Of a stretch of 64,000 bases of DNA, positions 1-11,314 are shown one piece after another. This DNA is from Takakia lepidozioides (Eukaryota > Plantae > Bryophyta). A program made the position numbers and the translations under genes. Each line of letters starts with the position of its first letter. The stretch's first letter is position 1. The DNA is taken from NCBI GenBank assembly GCA_030704615.1, contig CM060731.1, positions 50,840,001-50,904,000 on the forward strand, read 5' to 3'. The notes under the pieces are model-generated. The model made no database searches. It saw only the letters and a list, made by a program, of their open reading frames with translations, and was not told where the DNA came from.

Positions 1-2386
1 TCACAAGTGGCTCTCGTCGTCTCCGCTCTCGCTCGTTCGGATGCAGTCGAGGAAAGCCAAGCAGGTCTACAGGCACCACTCATTTGTCGCTGAGTGGGCG
101 TCAGAGTCTATCATCATCGATCCCTTCACTCACCTTGCCATTGGTGCAGATCCACTGAGATGAATGTGTGATGTTCCTGTGATGCATGAACGTTGAGTAA
201 TATGTTCCTGCACAGGCGATTCTTTCGCAAGCCAGTGATAACTGGTAATGGAATCGAAGTCCATCATCTACTAGGCCCCACATGGCTGCATGCGGAGATA
301 TTTTATCAAACACTGGCTGCGCAACGACCAAGGTTATGTGTCGAGAAGGGTGTTGTGATGAATTCAAAAACTTGTAATTTTCACACATGATATGATATTA
401 GGAGGATGCGAGTGTGCACCCACTTTCCCTTTGCCCTCTAGTAGGGCAACTCTGCGAGAGACAGACCTAGGTGTTTGAGTCCGCATCGTTGACAAAATGA
501 CGCCTTTGCTTTACTTAAGTACTCTCCTCTGATTCCCAGAAGTGCCATTACAGTTTGACGAATAAGTGTGACCTCTCACTCTCAAGTGCTCCTCTTCAAA
601 AGCCACATGATGATTATGTCTCATTCGCTTTTGTAGGCGATTAATTGACGTTTTCTGCCTCCTGATTGTCCACTTGAGGAAAGGTCACGTTGAAGGTGCC
701 TGATTCAAGTCCTCCTGCTTCTCCGAATCCCAAATTGACCGGGTTTTACCTACAGAAGTGAACTCTCAATCCGCAGTGCTTCGAAGGTACCACTGATCAT
801 GTGCTCGAGATTTCTGCGTGCACCCCAATTTCACCGCTTTCAGAGCGACTCCCCGGTTCGACATCAAGATGCTATATGTCCTCCGAACATTGACAATCCA
901 TGTACATAGTCGTATGTAGCACCATGGCACCCACTATCGTTCACTGGTGGCAAAAGTAGGTGTGACAGCGAATGAAAGCACTATTTCCTTGCATGTCATT
1001 TGCCCTCAGATAATCTACTAACAGCAATGCACTAACTGGTCAGTGTACATTCCATTTCAGCTAGAACCCCATCATAACCCTGGACAATTGATATACTTCT
1101 TGTGTTCTGCTAAGGTCGAATAACCTACAGGCCAGTCACTTAGGCAGTTTTTGCAGTCTAAGGAAAACCGCACCAATTTGAATGAATGAGCTGCAAGTGG
1201 AGATTCCAAGTCCAGGCTCATTCAGAGCCGAAGACTCATCTTCCTCCACAGCACAGTTTGATAACACTCCAGATTTGGGAAGGTGACAAATTGGTCTTTC
1301 CTGCCCCAAACTCTCCAATGGAAGTTAGCTCGGCAACCGATAACATCCCACAGGGCTATAACACAAGCTAGTTGAACGCAAACAGGAATCCTTTCCCTTC
1401 TCATAGCTGTCTCCGGTAGCTGTAGTAAACTTTCTTTCTTTTGTTCTGTCCTTATTTCTCTAATTGAATACGATTATACAGAAGCTCATCTGTAGCCCTT
1501 GTAAGGGCATTCTGCGTGCTTCTTCCGCTAAGCTAGATGCACTCCCAGCCCAGTAAAAGTGAAAAACAATTTTGAGACTGAGACAGGCTAGGTCCAGCAC
1601 AACTCAACTATGCGGAGGGTAGAAGAGGAACTTACACAATTAATAAACATACCTTGAAAGCTGATTGGTTTTCTCAAGGCCTCGGAGGCACGATACCCGT
1701 CCCTCGCAAGGGACACGCTCAGGCTTGCCCCGTTTCCAATCTGGTCGACACCGCTTTCAGCTCCAGAGTCTAGCCCTTAGGCTGTTGCATCATATCATAA
1801 GCGACCCAACGCCCCAAAAACGCATGACGCTACCGATTGTTTCCTGTGAGAAAAAGAGGAGAGAGCCGCAAAAAGATGTAGAAATCTTCGCTTATCGAAT
1901 AATCTTCACCTGAGCCAGTTCATCCCTGTATCATCGCTGACGTGTGTCCATATACTGTATTTTAGGAACTAGATCGTCGCAGTGAATGTCACGAGGCCAC
2001 AACGCTGCATGCCCGCTGCATGCGCAATGCCAATGGCAACCTCTGGATCTGCCAAGGCTTCCCGAAAGATCGCTGCAACTGTGCGTTATACATTGCACAT
2101 GATTTGTCTGAGTCCAGCTGTTACCTCAAGGGCTTGATAGAAGATTATCATGTGCAGGATGGGTTTCTCACATGTGAACGTCGACAAATTTCACAAGTTG
2201 GCTTGTTGCGATAGTGCCTCGTGTCCGCACTTGCAGTCAAGCTGGCAATTCCGGTAGTCAGATTGAACGGTCTCAGACTGAGATACAATCTGCGAGGGTG
2301 AGGCAGATTTGAGGAACAGGCACGGAGGGACCAGGTATACAAGAAGCTGGTTACCGCATGCATGAGCTTGCTTGCAAATTGACAAA

Positions 2387-3686
2387 ATGGTGAAGCTAGC
2401 TTCTGTGCGAAAGACTCGTCGGTACGGCCCCAGGGAAATCAAAGAGCTTTGCGAGCACATCAATGCATATGCATATATTGTGGGAACTCTCCTGCTACTG
2501 GCTGGCTCTGCGATGGTGCTTTCGGACTACAGGAGAAAGACTGGGATATGGCTCACTATGATATCATTAATTATCATACTGATAGTCAACCTGCACGACT
2601 TGTTCGCACAGCTTGCGGGCTTCGATTTCATGCTGCCTTTACTCACTTTAGATCCTCAGCTGGCTCTCATTGAGGTCTTTGCGCCCTTAGTCCAAGCCAT
2701 TGGTGCAATTCTTTCGTTTATCGGGACGCTCTTGCTTCTGAGGGTGGGTAATCCTACTTGCTGCACGCTCTTTGAGTTTTACTCATATGTTTAAGTTCAG
2801 ATTCAGCCTTTGGTTCAGCTTACGTAGGATATGCATGCATGTATAGCCTAGATGAGTTGCTTGGAGGGTGAGGACCCTCTGGACAGGTTTCTCCCACTTT
2901 CTGCCTCGGTTCACTTCGATTGGAATACACGTACCAATTCCACTACAGGTAGATTACCGGTCGTTCTGGCTCAAATAGGCTCGATCTTAATCGTTTGTGG
3001 TGCATGCAGGTTGTAAATGGCGAGTACTCTGTATTTGAGGAGGACGAAGTAAAGACTCGTGCCTACGGACTTCTGATTGCAGGCTCTGTTTTCTGGCTCC
3101 AGGGTTCTATCCACAATGCTTTCCAAGTATATGAGAGGGTAGACCTCAGGGTCCAGTTCATGCAGAAGACGGTCTCTATTCCTTTTGTTATTGCTAGCAC
3201 TTTGTTTCTTGTGAGCACAATCCTCATCTACAAGGCTCGACACGACCCAATTGTGCTAGACAACACAGCGCGGGTAAGTTTTCTACAAATTTTGTTCAGG
3301 ACTTGATTATGGGGCCCGCATTGCTCGATAAATCACTTGAAACATTTCCCCAATCTTGTGGCCATTCATGAATTGAACTGAGCGATTGAATGATTGGATA
3401 AGTCCGAGCTCAGAAATATTGGCCCTCACATCATGTGTCATAAGAAGCAATTGACATCTTACTTCTGCAAATTATGCTGCAGGCTATTTGGATCGCGGTG
3501 GCGGCAAGCATGGTACTGGTGCTGGGTGGTGTCATGAATGCCATTCGCATTGCAGGTTTGCAGAAGACTGACCAGTCGGAGCTGGAGCCACTCAGGGGTG
3601 GAGCTGAGGAGAGATTACAGCAGGAGCGGCATTCTCAAGCGGAGCCTTTCCTTGGGCCGCGCAACCCGATTAAAATTGCAGGCTGA
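2387..3686 (+). CDS. Conserved plant multi-pass membrane protein of unknown function; exons 2387-2743, 3010-3273, 3483-3686
   Basis: ATG at 2387 (MVKLASVRKTRRYGP...). Donors AGG|GTGGGT and CGG|GTAAGT and acceptors TGCAG| join three hydrophobic ORF segments in frame. Ends TGA 3686. Confidence 0.85.
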
Positions 3687-4228
3687 TCTAGGAGGCTGAT
3701 ACCTCCGAACAAGCTGAAGAGCTCTTATAGTTGTGCAGAGGATAGTGTAAGTGGTGAGCGAAGTACATTTTGTAATCGAGAACTTCCAAGGTGAAGTAGC
3801 CCAGCTGAGGGAGTAGAGTACGCTTTTCTTAGTATTCACATCTGTCGATCATCACCATTGCGAGTTCTGCATCAGTTTTGTGGTTGGCCGAGTCTACTCA
3901 TGGCTAGCCTTATAAATATTACCTACGGTTTTTCTTCAATGATCTGAAGAGTTTTTGGTCCAGAGAGTTACAGACTGTAGCAGCCCAGATCTTGTATACA
4001 TTCAAAGCAAGCTTCTCTCATGATCAGTGCTGCAAGATGCCACTGACAATTGTGGAAAAATGCTTGTCACTGCCTGGATCTCAATTGTACATTGAATAAG
4101 CTCTTCTTGATGAGCATAGACGCTGTTGACATTTACAGAATCACATACTAAGTGTACATCAAATTGAATTCAAGAGTATATATACAGTTAAAGTTGCAGG
4201 CACAACTCCATGGCGTCGGAACTCAAGG

Positions 4229-4630
4229 CAGTAGAGGAAAAACATGGAATAACCAATGGCCCTTTAACCACTACTGTCTTTTCCCACTCTATAAATCACT
4301 AGTAACCACTTGCCAGTGGTTAAGCCCGATGAAATGCAAGGGTAGCATCTGAGAGAGTGGTTGGAAGTGGTTTCAACCACTCATTAGTCCACGTATAATA
4401 ATTTATTTTTTATTTTTTATTTGGTATATGGTATTTGGTAATATATTTGAGTTAATAAATATAATATTCCGCGTAGACAGGTGCACTCGTACATTGTGAG
4501 TGGTTATAGACACCTCGGTGATGGGAAGTGGTTGCAACCACTACTCCACGTGTAATAATTCAAATTTTATTTATGATTTGTGATTTGGAAATCTGTTTTA
4601 ATTAATTAATTTAATATTTCACATGGACGG
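4229..4630 (+). mobile_element. CACTA-like terminus with AACCAC/GTGGTT subterminal repeats
   Basis: CAGTAGAGGAAAAACATGGAATAACCAATGGCCCTTTAACCACT aligns with the reverse complement of the CACTA end at 54229-54304 (CACTAGAAGAAAAACGCGGAATAACCACTGGCCCCCTTAACCACT). Many AACCAC/GTGGTT motifs follow. Confidence 0.6.
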
Positions 4631-4636
4631 GGAGAG

Positions 4637-4924
4637 TGGCAGGATGGAAATCCGGCGCCGGATTTCCATCCATCCGGCTCCGAATTACCTGCGTGAGGGA
4701 AATTTCGCGCGCCGCCTTACCTGGCAGGATGGAAATCCGGCGCCGGATTCCCATCCATCCGGCTCCTAATTACCTGCGTGAGGGAAATTTCGCGCGCCGC
4801 CCTACCTTGGCAGGATGGAAATCCGGCGCCGGATTCCCATCCATCCGGCTCCGAATTACCTGCGTGAGGGAAATTTCGCGCGCCGCCCTATCTGGCGGAT
4901 GGAAATCCGGCGCCGGATTTCCAT
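4637..4924. repeat. About 85-bp tandem repeat, about 3.4 copies, each with a GGCGCC-centred palindrome
   Basis: Units start near 4637, 4722, 4808 and 4893. Copy 1 has the perfect 30-bp palindrome GGATGGAAATCCGGCGCCGGATTTCCATCC (4642-4671). Confidence 0.95.
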
Positions 4925-4934
4925 ACTGCTGGAG

Positions 4935-7900
4935 GTGGTTTCGCCGGTGGCTGACCCTGTTCAGGAGGACGACAGGGAGCTTTCTGACCAGGATGACATC
5001 CTCCCGGACATCCCCAGGCCCCAAACCCGCAGCATACAGGCTGGATTTGGCGGTCCTAGTGGGCAGCCGGAGAACACCTCTGCAGCAGATGTCATGTCGG
5101 AGGCGGATATGAAGTTGGCCGCTGCCAAGATGTTGGAGGCAACCCACAACAACATTGGCAGGGTGCTGGGGGGCATGGTGTACCCGGCCAAGCTTCGGAT
5201 TCCCCTTTGCCGCTTGGTGTCATTGCAGGTGGTGAGACCTGCCCTCCCAGGCGATATCGACAAGCTGAAATTCTCTTTCCGGGATGGATATCGAATGGGG
5301 TCTGCCGCGTTTTACGTTTCCATTGAGAACGACCACGGAGCTTCCCGTGCCCACACTTCCGATGAGGTGGACAAATGGGGTCCCCATTGGCAAAGGCGAA
5401 ATGAGGAGTTCGAGAGATCGATTGCTACTGATCTTCTTTTCCAGCACTTGTCCGGTAAGATGTTCTACGTATGGGACGGCAATCATCGCCTCCTCGCATG
5501 GATGGAGCACATTGCCGAAGCCCACCCCAACGACCTCGATTGGCATTTCGCTGTGGAGTGTGTTGTGCTGAAGGTTGCGGGGCCTAAAGATCGCAGTCTT
5601 CTCAAAGCTGCAATGGCGGACATCAACTCGTAAGTTACAACGCCTCTTGCTTTTGGACCCATCCGATTGTAAGTCATTTCATTGTGAATCCTCATATTTG
5701 TTGTAAATTCCCATTTCAGTATTGTTTGATGGAAATGTGGCATTGCAGGGTGACTGAGAATACCTTCATTGCCACCAACTTGTCCCATATGCTCTTCCGA
5801 GTGAAGGATATTGGGAAGCAGGGGATGCAAGAGTTTGCCAATTCGCTCAAAGCCGACCTCCTGCGCAAGTCGGAGGCAAAGGCAGACAGAACCTGGTATA
5901 GGCTGAGCATGGATGCCATGGTGGACTAGATATTTCGGGTAAGCTCCTGACTGTTTTGTTGAGCTAATCTGTCTCTCCTCCCCCAATAGAAGAAAAAGTG
6001 TTGAGCAGGATCTCTAATCTTATGTGCGCATTCTTGACAGACGAAAATTCAGCAGGATTTGGCACATGCGCGGAGGTTCTACATGGAGTCAGAGGAGAAG
6101 AATCTAACCCTCCCGGCATTCAAATCGTATCTCAAAGCTGCGGAGGTGAGGGCCCGCATAAAGTACAAGTCGCAGATGGTAAAGTACGTGGTCATAGCTG
6201 ATCCCGCCCTTAGTGTCGACTTTTTGGTGGAGGTGAGGAAGCACTACTCCCGCGCTCTGAAGCCCACGATGACATTGGAGAAGCTCCATCGTCTAGCCAC
6301 ATCCTGTGTGGATGGTGCAGAAAAGGTGATACATTCTTAACCAAATTGTGGTGGCAACAAGTCGTTTTTGTGGTGTTTGGCGCTTACGAATATGCTGGGT
6401 GGTTGGACAGACCCGGTGGCTCCAAATCTGGAATGGTTCCCAAAGTACAAGGGACATGTGGAGCTTCCCCAAACCGGACAAACTGTCTGACCCCACATTC
6501 GACATGTGGATGAACCGCATGACATGGTGGTTTCAGGTACTTCCCCACGCTTCGTTTGGCGCTTCTACTCTTGTAGGGGGTGGATTCATTGTATTTTTTC
6601 AGGAATGCGATCTGATGGAGAATCTCCACAGGTGATGACGAATGCGCAAGAGCAGCTGGATACACAAGCACATCAGTTCAAGATGGAGATTTCTCCTGCA
6701 GCAGAGAGCCTACGCGACTATGTGACGAGGTACTTTCTGCTCTACAAAACCGACCTATTCTTTCGGGAGATACCACATGCCCGCCGGAGCCACGAGTTCA
6801 CCGACCAGCCGAACGCGGACAAAGCAGCAATGCACCTTCTATACAGGTACAAACGCGATGCCTTCCTTTCAAGTCCTTGCATTTCAGGATGTTAGAGGCC
6901 TCATGTGGTCTTTGGGAAAATGGCGCCGAATTTCCAGTCAGGGCTCCAAAAATGGCTAAGTCCCTAGGGTGGCTGGCCCTGAACTGGAAATTCGGCGCCA
7001 TTTTCCAGTTCTAGGCCCTATTGCCGTTCAGGGACTTAGCCATTTTCGGGGCAGACGTGGGAAAATGGTGCCGAATTTCCAGTCAGAGCTCCGAAAATGG
7101 CTAAGTCCCTAGGGTGGCTGGCCCTGAACTGGAAATTCGGCGCCATTTTTCCAGTTCTGGGCCCTATTGCCGTTCAGGGACTTAGCCATTTTCGGGCCGG
7201 ACCTTGGAAAATGGCGCCGAATTTCTAGTCAGGGCTCCGAAAAATGGCTAAGTCCCTAGGGTGGCTGGCCCTGAACTGGAAATTTGGCGCCATTTTTCCA
7301 GTTCTGAGCCCTATTGCCGTTTAGGGACTTGGCCATTTTCGGGCCGGACCTTGGAAAATGGCGCCGAATTTCCAGTCAGAGCTCCGAAAATGGCTAAGTC
7401 CCTAGGGTGGCTGGCCCAGAACTGGAAATTCGGCGCCATTTTTCTAGTTCTGGGCCCTATTGCCGTTCAGGGACTTAGCCATCTTCGGGCCAAACCGGGA
7501 AAAATGGCGCCGAATTTCCAGTTCAAGATGGCTGTCCCTAGGGTGGCAGTCACCGAAATCCGAAATTCGGCGCCATTTTTCCATTTCTAGGCCCACTCAC
7601 ATCCGCCCCAACCTGGGAAAATGGTGCCGAATTTGCAGTTCAGGGACCTCATTTTTTTTTCATGAATGCAGGTACGGCAAGTTCTCCCTTTTGGAGAAAG
7701 GTCATCTGTCTTTCGAGCCACCATTCTTCCTGGCATGGAGGAACCCTGGGGCTGACTCCATGTACACTAACGATATTGTGAAGGAGTGACATCTGGAACA
7801 TTTGCGTGATTGCCCTTGGTATGTGGACCTTCCGCCCGGCTCGCTCGACCCATCCGAGTTTCAATTGAAGCTGGATGCTGAGGCCCGACGAAACCGGGCT

Positions 7901-9390
7901 CCGCTGCCTCCGCTGGGTGCAAAAGAGGCAAAAGCGCTTGCGAACTCCAGGAAAGCGGCAGAGATTGCTCAGGCAGGAATTCAGGAGAAATTGAATGAGA
8001 AGACTAAAGGCCAAAGGAAAAGGACAAGGAAACATGTGAGTGCAGTAACACCCAAAAAACAGAAAACCATCGGGGCATCGGAGGAGGCGCAGGAGGGGAC
8101 CCAAGACAGTGACTCGGACGACGACTTTGTTCAAGGTCCTGCGACTACTGTTGCTGCTACCCAGTCACCGGTCGTCCGGGTTCCAAAGTCAGTTCGGAGT
8201 GGGACTGGCTCTTCCAAGAAGTTGGCATTTGAGGGCGAGCCTACACGGCGGTATCCGGCGGTGACGTTTACGCACGGGCCAAAGCTAGAACCTCCAACCA
8301 TCATCCAATGCGTCAATGAGAGCTTCCTTGACGCTCTCGCTGCCAGGGCGAAGAAGGTGGCACACAGCAAGTCTCTGGTGGAGCAGAAGGGGAAAGCCAA
8401 GAAGAGGGCTGCCGGTACAGAGCCTAAAGACACCCCTGGTTTTGAAGCCATGATGGAATTCTTCACGGCTGTGAGCACGGATTGCAAGAGCACTCAGGGG
8501 GGGGGTTGAGGTAGAGAGAGCTTGCGACATGATTCTCCTCGACATTCCAGATGGGGAGCTGCTGGAGGGCCTGGATGGTGTGCCCACCTTGAACAGGTTT
8601 ACTGAGGACTACTGGAAAGCCGGGTTTGGGCTGGCGGGGATACTTCTGGATGACGGTGGATGTGTGGTTGTCATTGCCACAAGAGGGAAGACCACAGAGA
8701 ATGCGGTGGCAAGGTGGACACCGAAAAGTGTCACCCCGGTCCTCCTCAGAAAATGGTTTTGCATCAATACACAGGGGTTGCGAACAGAGGGCCAAAATAT
8801 AAGTTATCAATCTATTGCATTCACCTCATATTGTGGTGTATCTAAACAAGATCCCGGAGTTGATCCCTCTTTTGTTGGATGTGCAGACATTGGTGTTTGA
8901 GGCATATTGCTTTGTGAAGAGAAGGCCTACGTTCAAATTCCGCAACGATGGTCGTCTTGTTGATGCCGTTGTGGACCCTGTTACCTACGATGTCCTCTAC
9001 AACTATGTGCCCCACTCCAGTATGCCAAAGGACACAAAGACAGGCAAATCGTGGCGGTACAGCCGGACCCGGAGCCCTGCTTTCATCCAAACCCTCATGG
9101 AGACATGCTCGGATGTCCAAGGGCGGATTCTGGACCTCACATGCGGCACGGGTAAGCCTTCACGTGCTCAGTTTGTCCCCTGGCCCGATTGCAATTGCAT
9201 GCCGCAAGCTATTAACCGCCCGCTTTGTTCCTCAGGTGCTTCAATGTGGGCAGGGACGTTGTCCGACAGGCATGTGTTCGCCTTCAAGCCAGATATTGCC
9301 CTCCACAACTCGGAACTTGCAGCGGCTGAACGTCTGCCGAAAGAGGAAGAGGCATCCTCGGAGGATGAGGAAAAATCCGAGAAGGAGTAG
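4935..9390 (+). pseudogene. Multi-exon ParB/Srx-like domain + beta-class N6/N4 DNA methyltransferase-like fusion gene, disabled; possible acidic last exon to about 10027
   Basis: Inferred exons: ~4935-5629, 5749-5938, 6041-6325, 6411-6536, 6632-6846, 7672-8798, 8888-9151, 9236-9390. ParB-like IPLCRL..VVRP..DIDKLKFSF..G and YVWDGNHRLLAW. MTase order DMILLDIPDG (motif IV position), LLDDGGCVVVI, FEAYCFVK, then RSPAFIQTLMETCSDVQGRILDLTCGTG/ASMWAGTLSDRHVFAF (motif X-I-II). Lesions: TAG 5927, TGA 7787, G9 frameshift 8497-8505, donor ATAAGT near 8799. Confidence 0.75.
6910..7645. repeat. Intronic tandem repeat of about 146 bp (about 4.3 copies plus a degenerate one) built from nested inverted repeats
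   Basis: GGAAAATGGCGCCGAATTTCCAG recurs near 6915, 7060, 7206, 7353 and 7499. Each unit also has its reverse complement CTGGAAATTCGGCGCCATTTTCC, plus the pair AAAATGGCTAAGTCCCT / AGGGACTTAGCCATTTT. Confidence 0.95.
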
Positions 9391-10178
9391 GGGGAGGAAC
9401 AAGTTGGGATCGAGGCCGAAGAGCCCCCGGTTTACGAGTGAGTGGTCGCATTGTAAGTTGCCTCTTGATTTCGTGAGGCACCTCCCTTCGCTCTCTTATT
9501 TCATTGAAAACCCTTTCTGGTTGTGTTGGTATTGACATTCTTGAAGTGGATTTGTTCTTACTGTAGGATGCCAAGTACTGTAGGAGGGACGTCTACACCA
9601 GAGTTCATGGGCAGGAGGAACGTGCCTTTTTTTGCAAAGGGGGGATTTCATGCCTAGTCTTGAAAGGGAGTACATCCTTCCTACTTATGCTGCCCGGCTT
9701 GCTTCGGTGTCCATTAGGAGGTGTTCCGAACCTAGTCGTGTACAACATATTTTAGACGAGGCAAGCCTCAAGAAAATGAAGATGAGGGAGGAGGCAACAG
9801 CTATTAGAGCCCGTCGGGCTCGTAGATTTGTCTTGGATTCTGCTGAGGAAAGTGGGGGAGAAGAGGCAGAAGATTCCCAGGAGGTGAGGTGGACAGTCCC
9901 CCAAGGAGAAGACGGAATTTTTGAGAGGCATAGTGCAACCGATGCATCACAGAGCTCGGAGGATGGGGGGGATGAGGGGGATGAGGAAGAAGGAGGGCCA
10001 AGTTCCTCGGAAGGTGTAGGAGAGTAGTTCCCATTCCTGCTATGACAGTTAGGACACACTTGTATAGACGTGGCTTGCCACAAAATTTGCAATAAAATGT
10101 TGCATTTCATTGTTATGACGAGTCCACATGACCCTATTTCCGTGCCTCCTAACCCTATTTTCGTGGACACACAATGGC

Positions 10179-10237
10179 CCGCTCATGTTTTTTTTTTTTC
10201 CGCTCATGTTTATGCCGCTCATGAAATAGCAGCCCCC
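10179..10237 (+). mobile_element. Putative DNA-transposon terminus (...ATGCCGCTCATGAAATAGCAGCCCCC) with CCGCTCATG subterminal repeats
   Basis: 10212-10237 is identical to 53415-53440 in otherwise unrelated flanks. Three CCGCTCATG motifs are present. Confidence 0.6.
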
Positions 10238-10300
10238 GTGCAAAACATTGCCACAACTACTATAGACAATGTCTATAGTAGAATAGCAGAGCTTTACAAC

Positions 10301-11206
10301 CTACTGTAAGCGCATGCAAACAACATTAGTGAATTCTAGCAACTCCTTGTCCGTATAGGTGAGAGGCGTTCCAATGACTTTGGAACAGTGTAAGTATTTC
10401 CAGGCTGTTTGTCCCTTATAAAAAATATCGTCCATGCCCAATTTTTCTTTGGCCAAGTTGTTCCGAGCCAAGTTAAACCATGAACGAAGTTGGGAATCAT
10501 TCTGCAACATGACTTTTGCATCATATAAGTACGTATGATGTGGCACTGAAGGTAAGATCCAATGATCCCCACTGGAATAACTCAAAAATCTTGACTGCAT
10601 CTTCTGCTGCGCAATGTGATAACGTGCAATGAAACAAACAGCATAGTATACTCCACAGCCCATGACCAAACTAGATACCTCCTTGGTCTTGGTGTAGATA
10701 TACCCGTGAACAACCTGGAAGGCAATCAATTCATTTAACATGGTATCTGCCTCATACCTCGCAAAATGATGATCTTCAATGGGTCGATTATTTGGAAGAA
10801 CCTTAGTCCGAGTTGCCACTGGCAACCAAATGCGCATTATTTGGTAGTAATGTGCGAATGATTGCGGAGGACTAAATTCTTTCCAAGCCAAATCCAAGAC
10901 AATAGGAATTTCGTTGAATGGCATAATTATAGCCCGATGGTACTCCTGTGCAGCAGGAGTCCTTGGTGGGTTGAAAGCAGCATCCCCCCATATCTCAGGC
11001 TGTGTGGCTGTTGTAGCAATAGGGTTAGCTACCTGCACAGACACCTGCTCTGGTACTGGTACCACAGGCCTTTCTACCACTGGCATCTCCTGCACCCCCT
11101 GCGAGGAAGACTGAAAATTTAGCGTCCTAGCCTGTAAATAAGTAGCCATGAGCTGCTCCTCCGGAACAAAGACTCTCTTGTCAATGTTTGAACTCAAGTC
11201 ATCCAC
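10301..11206 (-). CDS. Uninterrupted 301-aa ORF of unknown function, probably TE-associated
   Basis: Long open frame with globular-protein-like composition and no recognised motif. It is antisense to, and just upstream of, a Ty3 3' end. The start codon is uncertain. Confidence 0.4.
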   Translation of the reverse strand: MDDLSSNIDKRVFVPEEQLMATYLQARTLNFQSSSQGVQEMPVVERPVVPVPEQVSVQVANPIATTATQPEIWGDAAFNPPRTPAAQEYHRAIIMPFNEIPIVLDLAWKEFSPPQSFAHYYQIMRIWLPVATRTKVLPNNRPIEDHHFARYEADTMLNELIAFQVVHGYIYTKTKEVSSLVMGCGVYYAVCFIARYHIAQQKMQSRFLSYSSGDHWILPSVPHHTYLYDAKVMLQNDSQLRSWFNLARNNLAKEKLGMDDIFYKGQTAWKYLHCSKVIGTPLTYTDKELLEFTNVVCMRLQ

Positions 11207-11314
11207 TTGAGTCTGCAGGCCTTACACATCCTCCTGTAGGCATGCAGGCTCTGACATCTGGAGCCATAGCTGGGTTTCTGGACGTGGCTTTTAACTTCAA
11301 TACACAGGCCCTAC

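Noticed and set aside
1-2380. Short ORFs in the first 2.4 kb
   Set aside because: No motifs, splice-consistent models or repeats recognised.
4637-7645. CRISPR interpretation of the palindromic arrays, and ORFs translated through the 85-bp and 146-bp repeats
   Set aside because: Whole units repeat. The ORFs are by-products of GC-rich repeats, and the 146-bp array lies in an inferred intron.
4935-9390. Bacterial or phage contamination as the source of ParB-MTase
   Set aside because: Multiple GT-AG introns, an intron position shared with a paralogue, and continuity with plant genes and TEs.
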